Below the pieces are notes generated by a model. It was not told the DNA's origin. It did no database searches and saw nothing but the letters and a program-made list of their open reading frames with translations. 64,000 nt of DNA, taken from contig CAVUZU010000009.1 of NCBI GenBank assembly GCA_963746025.1, positions 133,727 through 197,726 on the forward strand, given 5' to 3'. Made by a program: the position numbers and the translations under genes. This document shows positions 48,035 through 56,700 of the stretch, in pieces (position 1 is the stretch's first letter; each line of letters starts with the position of its first letter). This DNA comes from an uncultured Actinomycetota bacterium. GTDB taxonomy: Bacteria > Actinomycetota > Actinomycetes > Propionibacteriales > Propionibacteriaceae.

Positions 48035-50911
48035 ATGAGGCCGGTTTCGGGGACGGCCGACCCGCTGATCGGGCGGCAGCAGGAGGTGGCCCGGTTGCGC
48101 CGGCGACTGGCCGACGCCCGCGCCGGCACCGGCCAACTGGTGCTGGTCACCGGGCCCGCCGGGATCGGCAAGACCCGGCTGGTCGAGGAACTCGTGGCGG
48201 ACGCACCCGGACCGGTCGGCTGGGGCACCGCGCTCGCCGATGCCGGGATGCCCGCGCTGTGGCCCTGGACCCGCGCGACCCGGGGCCTGCCCGGCCCGGC
48301 CGCCGCGCTGACCGCCCTGGCCGCCGGCAGCGGCGAGCGGGCCAACGCCTCGGTCGACGACGCCGCCGCCACCACCTTCGCCGCCGACACCGCCGCACTG
48401 GACGCACTGGCCGACTGCGCGGCCGCCGACCCCGGGCTGCTGATCGTGCTGGACGACCTGCAGTGGGCCGACCAGGCGACGCTGCGGCTGCTGGATCGGC
48501 TTGCCTCCGAGATCCGCCGGCTACCGCTGCTGGTGGTCGGCACCCACCGGGACGCGATCGGCAGCGGCTTCGCCGAGTCGCCCGCGCACCGGGCCAGCGA
48601 GGTGATCGGCCTCGGCCCACTGTCCCCCGCCGAAGCGGCCGAGGTGCTGACCTCGTCGGTCGGCCCGGCTGACGCTGCCGCGGTCCGGCACGCGACCGAG
48701 CTGGCCGGCGGCAGCCCGCTGTTCCTGCGCACGCTGGCCCGGGTCGCCGGCGGACAGTTGCGGGGGCAACAGCGCTGGGCCGACACGCTCGGCGAACAGC
48801 CCGAACTCCGTCACCTGGTCGCCGCGGCGCTGCGCGCGGCCGGACCGGATCCGGCCGAGCTGGTGGCCGGGCTCAGCGTGCTGGGGCTGGATGCCGATCC
48901 CGCCCTGCTCGGCGCGTTGGTCGGCGGAGCCGGCCCGGTGCTGGAGCGGCTGCAGCCCGCCGTGCCGGCCGGGCTGGTGGAGATCCAGGCGGACGGGGCG
49001 CGGGTCCGCTTCGCCCACGGGCTGGTCCGGGATGCCTCCTATGCCTCGATCCCGCCGGCGCGGCGGGTCGAGCTGCACCGAGCGGCGGCACTGCTGCTCG
49101 AGCCGCTGGCCGTGGCCGACGACGGCCGCACCGGCGTGGTGGCGACGCACTGGCACCGCGCCGGCGAACCGGTGCTGGCCGCGGCCTGGGCGGTCCGCGC
49201 GGCCGATGCGGCCCGCGCCGCCGGAGCGTACGACGAAGCGGCCGGCTATCTGCAACTCGCTCTCGACGCCGGGCCGGCCGCGGGGATCGACCGGGCGGAA
49301 CTGCTGCTGGACCTGGCCCGGGCGCAGTATCTGGGCGGCCGGCTCGAGCAGAGCGTCGCGACCTGTGTCCGAGCCGGCGAGGAGGGTGAGCGGACCAGTC
49401 GGGGCGAGGTGCTCGGCCGTGCTGCGGTCATCGTTCAGGGCATCGCCCACCCGGCGATCAACCAGCAATTGCTCGAGCTGTGCCACCGAGCGCTGGCGGT
49501 GTTGGGCGAGGCCGGCCCGCCGCGGCTGCGGGCGCGGATCGAGGCGCAGCTGGCCTGCGTGCTGCTGGAGCTCAACCTGATCGACGAGGCGGGCGAGTGG
49601 GCCCGGACGGCGTACCAGCATGCGGTGGCCGCCGGCGACGCCGACGCGGAATTGGATGCGCTGCGGGCCCGGGTCTCGCTGGAGTGGCGGCCCGGCCGGG
49701 ACGCCGAGGCGATCGCGATCAGCCGCCGGGCGCTGGAGCTGGCCGAGCAGACCGGCCGGCCGCTGGCCCGGCTGTGGGCGCACATCTGGTGCTCCGACGC
49801 CGCGGTCCACCTGGCCGACCTGGCCCTGGCCCAGCGGGAGGTCGGGGCGATCCAGCTGCTGGCCGAACGGACCGGGCTGCCGCTGGTCCGCTGGCACCTG
49901 CTGCGCCGGCAGGCCACCCTGGCCGGGATGGTCGGCGACTTCGACCGGAGCCGCCGGCTGTCGGGGCAGGCCGCCGAGGTCGCCGCCGATTGGGGCGATC
50001 CGTCGGTCCACTTCACCCACTTCGGGCTCTCCGTGCTGCTGGCCGTGGTGCGGGGCGACCCGGCGGATCTGAGCCCGGGCTGGACCGACCTGCTGGCGGA
50101 CGTGAACCAGTTCCCGCTGGTCGGCAAGGCAAGTCTGGCGCAGGCGCTGCTCCTGGTCGGCCGGCGGGACGAGGCGGCCGTGCTCTATCGGGCGGCGCTG
50201 CCCGGGCTGGCGGACCAGAACCGGGTGATGGCCGCGGCGACGCTGGCGTACCTGCCGGACCTGGCGGTGGCGTTGGGCGACACCGACAACTGCCGGATGC
50301 TGCGGGAGCTGATCGAGACCACCTTCGGCAGCACGTTGATCATGGGCTCGGGCACCGTCTACTACAGCGGTGCGATCGCCCGGATGCTCGGCGGGCTGGC
50401 GCTGGCCGTCGGTGACTCGCCGGCCGCGATCGACTACTTCCGGGCCGGGTTGCGGATCGACGAACGGATCGGCGCCCGGCCGTTCCTGGTCCACGGACAG
50501 CTCGGTCTGGCCCGCGCGCTCACCGCCGTCGGGGACTACGCCGGCGCCGCCGAGCAGGCGCGGACGGCCGCTGATCAGGCCCGCCGGCTCGACCTGCCTG
50601 GGCCGTTGCGGGTGGCCGAGGCTTTGCTCGCGGCCCTGGTGCCGGGCGAGCGGGCCGCGGACCCGCTGAGCACCCGCGAGCACGAGGTGCTCGGGCTGGT
50701 CGCCCAGGCCCTGTCCAACCGGGAGATCGCGGCGCGGCTGGTGCTGTCCGAGCGCACGGTGGAGAGCCACGTCCGGCGGATCCTGGCCAAGACCGGGCTG
50801 ACCACCCGGACCGAGCTGACCCGGTGGTACCTCGGCCTGCCCGGGCCGCCGGACGCCGGCCCGGCTCGGCGGCGGACCGCAGAGCCGACGGCCGAGGCTC
50901 CGCTGACCTGA
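48035..50911 (+). CDS. LAL/MalT-type large ATP-binding LuxR family regulator
   Basis: LIGRQQE, GPAGIGKT, LDDLQWAD, GGSPLF, FAHGLVRD; C-terminal LSTREHEVL...LSNREIAARLVLSERTVESHV. Confidence 0.93.
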   Translation: MRPVSGTADPLIGRQQEVARLRRRLADARAGTGQLVLVTGPAGIGKTRLVEELVADAPGPVGWGTALADAGMPALWPWTRATRGLPGPAAALTALAAGSGERANASVDDAAATTFAADTAALDALADCAAADPGLLIVLDDLQWADQATLRLLDRLASEIRRLPLLVVGTHRDAIGSGFAESPAHRASEVIGLGPLSPAEAAEVLTSSVGPADAAAVRHATELAGGSPLFLRTLARVAGGQLRGQQRWADTLGEQPELRHLVAAALRAAGPDPAELVAGLSVLGLDADPALLGALVGGAGPVLERLQPAVPAGLVEIQADGARVRFAHGLVRDASYASIPPARRVELHRAAALLLEPLAVADDGRTGVVATHWHRAGEPVLAAAWAVRAADAARAAGAYDEAAGYLQLALDAGPAAGIDRAELLLDLARAQYLGGRLEQSVATCVRAGEEGERTSRGEVLGRAAVIVQGIAHPAINQQLLELCHRALAVLGEAGPPRLRARIEAQLACVLLELNLIDEAGEWARTAYQHAVAAGDADAELDALRARVSLEWRPGRDAEAIAISRRALELAEQTGRPLARLWAHIWCSDAAVHLADLALAQREVGAIQLLAERTGLPLVRWHLLRRQATLAGMVGDFDRSRRLSGQAAEVAADWGDPSVHFTHFGLSVLLAVVRGDPADLSPGWTDLLADVNQFPLVGKASLAQALLLVGRRDEAAVLYRAALPGLADQNRVMAAATLAYLPDLAVALGDTDNCRMLRELIETTFGSTLIMGSGTVYYSGAIARMLGGLALAVGDSPAAIDYFRAGLRIDERIGARPFLVHGQLGLARALTAVGDYAGAAEQARTAADQARRLDLPGPLRVAEALLAALVPGERAADPLSTREHEVLGLVAQALSNREIAARLVLSERTVESHVRRILAKTGLTTRTELTRWYLGLPGPPDAGPARRRTAEPTAEAPLT

Positions 50912-50955
50912 TCGGCCCGCCCGTCACGGTCGCCACAGCACCGTCGCCCAACGGT

Positions 50956-51013
50956 CGACCCGTCACAACTGCTGCGACACGCCGCGAAAAGGGCCGCGGA
51001 TGTGACGGGTCGG
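50956..51013. repeat. Family C palindromic repeat
   Basis: CGACCCGTCAC...GCGACACGCCGC...GGCCGCGGATGTGACGGGTCGG. Confidence 0.8.
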
Positions 51014-51043
51014 CGGGTTTGGTGGGCGGGTTTGGTGGGTGGG

Positions 51044-52153
51044 TCAGGTGGTGAGGCGGGAGGAGGCGGCGGAGATGCGTTCGTCGGTGGCGGTCAGCGC
51101 GACCCGGACGTAGCCGTCGGCCGCGGTGCCGTAGAAGTCGCCGGGGGCGGCCAGGATTCCGTGCCCGGCGAGGAAGTCGATCGAGGCCCGGCCCGGCTCG
51201 CCTCGGGTGGCCCACAGGTAGAGCGAACCCTCGGAGTGTTCGATCCGGAAGCCGACCTGCTCCAGCGCCGGCCGGAGCAGCTCGCGCCGGGCCAGGTAGC
51301 GGCCGCGCTGCTGCTGGACATGATCATCATCGGCGAGCAGCGTGATCATCGCCTGCTGCACCGGCCGCGGCACGATCATGCCGGCATGCTTGCGTACCGC
51401 CAACAATCGGGTGACCAGATCATGATCACCGCCGATGACCCCGGCCCGGTAGCCGGCCAGGTTGGACCGCTTGGACAGTGAGTGCACCGCCAACAGTTGA
51501 TCATGGGAGCCGCGGCAGACGTCGGGGTGCAGCACCGAGACCGGCTCGGCGTCCCAGCCGAACTCGCCGTAGCACTCATCGGAGGCGACCACGGCCCCGC
51601 GCTCCCGGGCCCAGGCGACCCGGCGGGCCAGCTCGTCCGGCCCGAGGATCTGGCCGGTCGGGTTCGACGGGGAGTTCAGCCAGACCAGGCCGGGTCGAAG
51701 ATCATCAAGGGCTTCAAGATCATCGGCGGGGATCGGCGTACAGCCGGCGATCATGGCGCCGACCGCATAGGTCGGGTACGCCATCGTCGGCACCACGACG
51801 ACATCGCCCGGGCCGAGCCCGAGCAGGGTCGGCAGCCAGGCGACGAACTCCTTGGTGCCGATCACCGGCATGGTCGCCTGCGGCACCAGACCCACCGCAC
51901 CCCAGCGCCGGGTCAGATAGTCGGCCATCGCGGCCTGCAGGTCGGCGGTGCCGGAGGTCAACGGGTAGCCGGGGCTGTTGGCGGCGTCGGCCAGGGCGGC
52001 CTGGCCCGAGGCCGGCACCGGGTCGACCGGCGTGCCGACCGAAAGATCGACCAGGCCGTCCGGATGGGCCGCCGCGCGTTCCTTGGCCGCGGCCAGGCTG
52101 TCCCACGGGAAGTCGGGAAGCGCGGCGATGCCGGAGGCCGGCGTGGTGGTCAC
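51044..52153 (-). CDS. dapC: Succinyldiaminopimelate transaminase
   Basis: LPDFPWD, DLSVGTPVDP, NSPSNPTG, DECY, SLSKRSNLAGYR; downstream of fdxA. Confidence 0.95.
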   Translation of the reverse strand: MTTTPASGIAALPDFPWDSLAAAKERAAAHPDGLVDLSVGTPVDPVPASGQAALADAANSPGYPLTSGTADLQAAMADYLTRRWGAVGLVPQATMPVIGTKEFVAWLPTLLGLGPGDVVVVPTMAYPTYAVGAMIAGCTPIPADDLEALDDLRPGLVWLNSPSNPTGQILGPDELARRVAWARERGAVVASDECYGEFGWDAEPVSVLHPDVCRGSHDQLLAVHSLSKRSNLAGYRAGVIGGDHDLVTRLLAVRKHAGMIVPRPVQQAMITLLADDDHVQQQRGRYLARRELLRPALEQVGFRIEHSEGSLYLWATRGEPGRASIDFLAGHGILAAPGDFYGTAADGYVRVALTATDERISAASSRLTT

Positions 52154-52163
52154 TGGTGTCGGG

Positions 52164-52490
52164 TCACTCGTCGTGTTCTTGCGGCGGCAGGGCCGCGATC
52201 AGCGCGTGGTCCTTGTCGATCGGACCGGTCTTGGCGGCACCGCCGGGCGAGCCGAGATCGTCGAAGAAGTCGACGTTGGCCTGGTAGTAGTCCTTCCACT
52301 CCTCCGGGGTGTCGTCTTCGTAGAAGATCGCCTCGACCGGACAGACCGGCTCGCACGCGCCACAGTCGACGCACTCGTCGGGATGGATGTAGAGCATCCG
52401 CTTGCCCTCGTAGATGCAGTCGACGGGACACTCCTCGACGCAGGCCAGGTCCTTAAGATCGACACAGGGCTGTGCAATGACGTACGTCAC
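52164..52490 (-). CDS. fdxA: 7Fe ferredoxin
   Basis: MTYVIAQPCVD.KD.ACVEECPVDCIYEG...CVDCGACEPVCP. Confidence 0.97.
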   Translation of the reverse strand: MTYVIAQPCVDLKDLACVEECPVDCIYEGKRMLYIHPDECVDCGACEPVCPVEAIFYEDDTPEEWKDYYQANVDFFDDLGSPGGAAKTGPIDKDHALIAALPPQEHDE

Positions 52491-52601
52491 GGACTCTCCT
52501 TGGATCTCTGCTCGTGCGGCGTTCGGGGTCTATCGGTGGGACGCCGCCTCAGTGAGCTAGTATCTCGCTTCCCCACCGTAGCCGCGAAGGACCCCCACTC
52601 T

Positions 52602-53570
52602 GTGGACGCTGTCGCACGGATCACACCCGCGCCCGAGCCGGGTGAGCGCCTGGTGGTACGCCATCGGCTGCCGGACGGGTCGGCCACCGACGTGCTCGGG
52701 GTGCTGGTCTCCGCCGACCGGGATTCGATCACCGTACGCACTCGGGACGACCGGATCGTCGCGGTCGAACGCGCCGCGGTGATCTTGGCCAAGCGGGTGC
52801 CGTCGATCTCTCGCGGCCCGGATCCGCTGCGGGTGTCGGCCGAGGAACTGGAACAGGCGGCGGCGCTCGGCTGGATCGCCTACGCTGAGCGGCTGGGCGC
52901 CTGGTGGTTGCGGGCCGGTGGCGGTTTCACCGGACGGGCGAACTCCTGCCTCGCGGTGGGCGATCCCGGCGTGCCGTTCGACCAGGCGGCACGTCGGATC
53001 GCCGACTTCGCGGCCGCGCACCGGATCGAGCCGATGGTCCAGGTGATCGACGGATCGCCGCCGGAGCAGCGTTTCCGGCAACTCGGCTGGACCGACACCT
53101 ACGTGGTGACCGACGTGCTGGTGCACCGGCTGTCCGAGCTGGGCAGTCGGCCGGCCGATCCGCGGGTCACCGTCGAGGAGCGGCTCACCGACGCCTGGTG
53201 GCAGGCCTACCACGCCTACCGCCCGTCCGACGTCGACCCCGAACTGCTCCGCACCATGCTCACCGGCCGGCCGCCGTTCGGCCTGGCCGGCATCGCCGAC
53301 GGCGGTCGCCTGATCGCCGCCGGCCGCGGCCAGATCAGCCAGGACTGGCTCGGCATCGCCGCCCTCTGGACCGACCCCGAGCACCGCCGCCAGGGCCTGG
53401 CCACCGCGGTGCTGCTCGGCCTGGTGCACTGGGCCGGCGCGAAAGGCGCCCGCAGCGCCTACCTCCAGGTCGCCCGGGAGAACACGGAAGCCCACCAGGC
53501 CTACCAACGCCTCGGCTTCCGCCTCCACCACAGCTACCGCTACCTCCGCCCAGCTCCAGCCGCCCGCTGA
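52602..53570 (+). CDS. GNAT family N-acetyltransferase
   Basis: GFTGRANS, HRRQGLA, AYLQV..EN..A...Y.RLGF; start approximate. Confidence 0.88.
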   Translation: MDAVARITPAPEPGERLVVRHRLPDGSATDVLGVLVSADRDSITVRTRDDRIVAVERAAVILAKRVPSISRGPDPLRVSAEELEQAAALGWIAYAERLGAWWLRAGGGFTGRANSCLAVGDPGVPFDQAARRIADFAAAHRIEPMVQVIDGSPPEQRFRQLGWTDTYVVTDVLVHRLSELGSRPADPRVTVEERLTDAWWQAYHAYRPSDVDPELLRTMLTGRPPFGLAGIADGGRLIAAGRGQISQDWLGIAALWTDPEHRRQGLATAVLLGLVHWAGAKGARSAYLQVARENTEAHQAYQRLGFRLHHSYRYLRPAPAAR

Positions 53571-53611
53571 ACCCCCTCGCGCCCGCCACCGCCTGCTCCG
53601 GCTGGGCACGG

Positions 53612-53760
53612 AACTCGCCACAGGTAGAGAAAAATCACCCAACCCCGGCCCAGGACCGCCCATAACTCGCCACAGGTAGAGAAACGCCTACCGCGCACAG
53701 ACCCCCAGACCGCCCCGCGGCAGTCACCCCTCAAAGGCCCTTCGACAGGCTCAGGGAACG
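53612..53760. repeat. Intergenic repeat cluster: 21-bp direct repeat x2, family D arm and family A copy
   Basis: AACTCGCCACAGGTAGAGAAA at 53612 and 53664; GCGCACAGACCCCCAGACC at 53693; GCCCTTCGACAGGCTCAGGGAACG at 53737. Confidence 0.75.
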
Positions 53761-53771
53761 AAGGACAAGGG

Positions 53772-55568
53772 TCAGCGACCAGGTGCGGTACAGGTCACCT
53801 TGTTGGTCGGGTTGTAGCGCCAGAAGAAGTCTTCCTTCTTGGCCACCTTCCCGTCCCGATAGAACAGCCGCTGGTAGTTCACGTCGAACCCCTGCACGGG
53901 CGAGGACGGCTGGCAGTTCGGCGAATCGTTGTCCACCTCGCGGCCCCAGGTGAAGTTCGACTTCTTCGGCTTGGACGAGGCGATCTTGTCCCAGCTCTTG
54001 GTGGACCACATCCGGACGGTGATGGAGCCCTTCTCGTCGTAGTTCTTCGACTTGTCCACGATGGCCTGCACCAACACCCCGTAGTCGGTGTTGTTGCGGA
54101 ACTTCAGGTCGATCGAGCCCCAGGAGACAGTCGCCTCGCGGCCGGGCGGGTAGCGGTTGATGTAGAGGCCGTGCGGCTTGTGCTCGATGTCTTCCAGACC
54201 GGCGAAGAACATGGCGTTGTACGTCGTCGTGGCGCTCTGCGACACCCCGCCGCCGAGTTCCTCCTTGAAGACGCCGCCGGAGATCACGCTGCCCTCGGTG
54301 AACCCGTTCTCCCGGGTCCGCTCGCCGACGATGTCGTTCAGCGAGAACGTCTCACCGGGCTTCAGGATGGTGCCGTTGATCTTCTCCGCCGCGCGGCCGA
54401 TGTTGACGTTGCGGTAGTTGGCGTGCGGGTAGTAGGTGGTGAACTGACCGGTCACCTCCTTGATCCCCAGCTTCTCGGCGTCCCTGGTGTCGAACTTCGC
54501 CTTGGCGCCGGTCAGCTCGATGTCGGCGGTCCGATCGTCGCCGGACTTGGTGATCACCGACTCGACCGCCTGCCGCAACTGCTCGTCGCCGACCTCGGTC
54601 CCGTTGACCGCGGCGATCACCTTCGGCTTGCCGTCGACGATCTTGACCGTCGCGTCCTTCGGCTTCTTCGCCTCGACCTTCTTGATCTCGTCGGCCGCTT
54701 CCTCGGCGAGCTTCTTGGTGTCCAGCACCGGCACCAGGTCACCCTCCTGGTCGGCGAAGGTGATCGACTCGGCGAGCATCTCCGGGCTGAGGGTGAACGA
54801 CCCGGCGGCGCCGGCCTTGAGCGTGATCGGCCCGGAGACCGCCGGCTCGGCGTATTCACCGGCGACCTGCTCGGCCTCCTTGGTGGTGATCGCCGGCAGG
54901 GTCTCGGCGACCTCGAGCGCGACCGGGCCACCGACCCGGCCCTTCGCCTCGGTGAAGGCCTGGCTGAGCACTCCGGCGGACGCGTCGATCACCGCCAGCC
55001 CGGTGGTGCCGGGCTCGAGCTTCACCTCGGTGCCGTCGTAGGAGAGCCGGGCGTCCGCGGGCTCGCTGCGATGCTCCTCGGCGAGACCGGCGACGGCCTG
55101 CTGCAGCAACGCCCGGTCGACCGCGATCACCGGGTCGATCGCCGCACCGCCGGTCAGCACCAGCCAGATCAGCCGCGGATCGAAGCTGCGGCCGACACCG
55201 GCGCTGGCCACACTGGCCTCGTAGTCGACGGTCAGGCCGGCCGCGACCGGATCGACCTCGTCCTCGATCGGCTCCTCCGTGCCCATGATGACCGGGATCG
55301 GCCGCTCGGCCACCGGCGCGAGCTCGGCGCGCAGCCGCTCGGTCGCCTCGGTCTTGGTCAGCCCGCCGATCGCGACCCCGGCGATCGAGGCGTTCCGCGG
55401 CAGCTTGTCGCCGGCCATGAAGTAGCCGACCACGTAGAGCACGCCGGCGGCGACGATGACGGCGCCGAGCAACCCGAGGATGATCGCGGCTGGACGGACC
55501 CGCTTCTTCTTGGCGGGCTGCGCAGCGACGATGGTGTCGTCCGGGCCGGTAGGCATGGTGCTAGTCAA
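53772..55568 (-). CDS. VanW family protein with peptidoglycan-binding repeats
   Basis: N-terminal TM; GETFSLN..VGERT, GGGVSQSATT.YNA, RYPPGREATV, DLKFRN. Confidence 0.92.
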   Translation of the reverse strand: MTSTMPTGPDDTIVAAQPAKKKRVRPAAIILGLLGAVIVAAGVLYVVGYFMAGDKLPRNASIAGVAIGGLTKTEATERLRAELAPVAERPIPVIMGTEEPIEDEVDPVAAGLTVDYEASVASAGVGRSFDPRLIWLVLTGGAAIDPVIAVDRALLQQAVAGLAEEHRSEPADARLSYDGTEVKLEPGTTGLAVIDASAGVLSQAFTEAKGRVGGPVALEVAETLPAITTKEAEQVAGEYAEPAVSGPITLKAGAAGSFTLSPEMLAESITFADQEGDLVPVLDTKKLAEEAADEIKKVEAKKPKDATVKIVDGKPKVIAAVNGTEVGDEQLRQAVESVITKSGDDRTADIELTGAKAKFDTRDAEKLGIKEVTGQFTTYYPHANYRNVNIGRAAEKINGTILKPGETFSLNDIVGERTRENGFTEGSVISGGVFKEELGGGVSQSATTTYNAMFFAGLEDIEHKPHGLYINRYPPGREATVSWGSIDLKFRNNTDYGVLVQAIVDKSKNYDEKGSITVRMWSTKSWDKIASSKPKKSNFTWGREVDNDSPNCQPSSPVQGFDVNYQRLFYRDGKVAKKEDFFWRYNPTNKVTCTAPGR

Positions 55569-55740
55569 GACGGAAACCTAACCTCGCGCGAGTCGGAAGT
55601 GGCCTCGTGCGGCCCCCGATCGGGGCGTTACGGGCGGTCAGCATAGTACGGGAAGGTTTCCTTGCACCGTGTCGATCCACGGCGTTGGCCTCGGAATCGA
55701 GACCAGGCCGCAACCCAACCGACGAGTTCGCCCCGAGGGC

Positions 55741-56643
55741 TCAATCGAGCCCGGCGAACAGATCGTCGGCCCAGCCGTCGCCCGGGAACGGTTTCCCCGC
55801 GGCGAGCCGGAACTGCTCCCGCGCCCAGATGTCGCTGCCGAAGGTGCCGCCCAGGGTGAAGAACGGGTCGTCCAGCTTGATCTGGGTGGCGTGCGCCTTC
55901 ATCGCGGCGTGCTTGCGGTCCACGTACTGCTCGCCGTCGATCTCGGCCGCGACCGCCTCGTCCGGGCTGAACAGCGACCGGCCCTCGTTGGCGCCTTCGA
56001 AGTCCTTCCAGGTCTCCAGGTCGCCGGCCGCGCGCAGTTCCGCGATCCGCTGCTGCATCCGGCTCAGGCTCATCGTGCTCCAGAGCACCCGCTCGACCTG
56101 CCACGGCGCCCCGAGATCGGGCCGGTAGCTCGGCACCCCGGCGAGTTGGAACGCGTACATGGCGACCCGGTGCGCCTGGACGTGGTCCGGATGTCCGTAA
56201 CCGCCGAACTCGTCGTAGGTGATCAACACCTGCGGCCGCCGGTCGCGGATGATCGGCACCAACAGGTCGGCCGCCTCCAGCAGGTCGGCGGACCAGAAGA
56301 TGCCGTCCCGCAGCTCGCCGCGGACGGTCGCCAGCCCGTTCTCGTCCCAGAGCATGCCGGAGTCCCGGTAGTGCCCGTCGCCGCCGAGTCGGAGATAGTC
56401 GGCGACACCGAGTGCCTCCATCGCACCGTCCAACTCGCCGATCCGGTGCTCACCGAGCCGGTCCTCGTGGGTCGCGGCCAGGTGGCCGAGCGAGTCGACC
56501 AGCACCTCGCCCTCCTCGCCGAGGGTGCAGGTCACCAAAGTCACCTGGGCGCCCTCGGCGGCATATTTCGCCATCGTCACGCCGGTGCCGAGCGTCTCGT
56601 CGTCGGGGTGGGCATGAACCAGAAGCAGTCGTCGGTCAGTCAC
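55741..56643 (-). CDS. mshB: GlcNAc-Ins deacetylase (mycothiol biosynthesis)
   Basis: LVHAHPDDE, TCTLGEEGE, YRDSGM, GGYGHPDH, AMKAHATQI; synteny with fdxA-dapC. Confidence 0.9.
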   Translation of the reverse strand: MTDRRLLLVHAHPDDETLGTGVTMAKYAAEGAQVTLVTCTLGEEGEVLVDSLGHLAATHEDRLGEHRIGELDGAMEALGVADYLRLGGDGHYRDSGMLWDENGLATVRGELRDGIFWSADLLEAADLLVPIIRDRRPQVLITYDEFGGYGHPDHVQAHRVAMYAFQLAGVPSYRPDLGAPWQVERVLWSTMSLSRMQQRIAELRAAGDLETWKDFEGANEGRSLFSPDEAVAAEIDGEQYVDRKHAAMKAHATQIKLDDPFFTLGGTFGSDIWAREQFRLAAGKPFPGDGWADDLFAGLD

Positions 56644-56700
56644 AGTCACTAGTTTTGCAGTAGCGACCGACAGAACCGCACTCGCGGCCCAGAAACTCGA

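Noticed and set aside
53612-53684. 21-bp direct repeat with a 31-nt spacer resembling a mini-CRISPR
   Set aside because: Only two units, short and non-palindromic, no cas genes, and embedded among other REP-like repeats
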